Shown here: piece after piece, positions 63,402 to 64,000 of the stretch
How the letters are laid out: every line of letters starts with the position of its first letter
How positions within the stretch are numbered: the first letter of the stretch is position 1
NCBI GenBank assembly: GCA_051362555.1
Contig: CM120647.1
Span: forward strand, 1,426,001-1,490,000
Source of the DNA: Lingula anatina
Taxonomy: Eukaryota > Animalia > Brachiopoda
Direction: 5' to 3'
DNA length: 64,000 bases
Translations under genes and position numbers: made by a program
Notes under the pieces: model-generated
What the model was told of the DNA's origin: nothing
The model's database searches: none
The model's input: only the letters and a program-made list of their open reading frames with translations

Positions 63402-64000
63402 ATACAAGTCTTACCTACTATAAATATGAGCCAGGAACCTAAGTCCCAGTAGGACTACTATTACCAAGTGTCCTACGGACAACCATTACCAGGAACCGAG
63501 GTCATACGGACTTCGGTTCCTGGAGGACTTGGATTACTGTTACACCGGGATCCGTGCGAACTAGCGCAGCCAGGTCACGTAGGCAGCATGGAAGGGCAGA
63601 TAGGGCAGAAAGCGGGTTCCTACGACTGATGGTTAAAGAGAAGGGACCCGAAATCCTAGTACTGAATATGTTTAACGACACGGTGGTCATGCCCATTGTC
63701 ACCGTTGTGTGTCGATTAATTCCTGCGAAATTTTTTTTCCGTGCATTGCAACAAATAACTGTGTTTATTTTCTAGGATAGCCTCTTTAAAAGAATAATAT
63801 GAAAGTTACAGCTGTCTTCTGCTGCGATCAGGTGTCTCCATTTTAATCATTCGTGTCCTTTCTTAACATAATCAGATTTATACATTGTATACTTGGACTT
63901 CCTCTGTGAAATGTGTAAGCTTCTTGTTCACATGAAATCATTTTCACGTGATAGAAATGATGAGTAAAAAACTTAAGTCAGGCAAGTCATGTAGCCTTAG

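Overview
AT-rich, repeat-dense animal DNA, most consistent with a lophotrochozoan such as a mollusc (inferred from the receptor family and transposon types). The window is a tandem segmental-duplication array of four units (about 1-26323, 26324-43795, 44117-54014, 54017-64000+). Each unit carries one minus-strand class A GPCR with an uninterrupted CDS, of the FMRFamide-receptor-like/Srw chemoreceptor type, and the 5' stub of a fifth copy survives at 57749-57836. Everything else I can identify is transposon material: two inverted copies of a CCTATAGG-rich CMC/EnSpm-type element forming an ~8.4 kb palindrome, an intron-containing Ginger2-like integrase relic, Kolobok, Helentron/HINE with a 146-bp array, Harbinger, hAT-like and Academ-like elements, Tc1 relics, LINE tails and the 5' end of an LTR retrotransposon. 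Comparing units exposes empty and filled insertion sites and several rearrangements. The strongest signal is that the receptors are hypervariable in their extracellular segments while intracellular segments and flanking non-coding DNA are nearly identical. All alignments and identity figures are by eye, and units 1 and 2 could be uncollapsed haplotypes.
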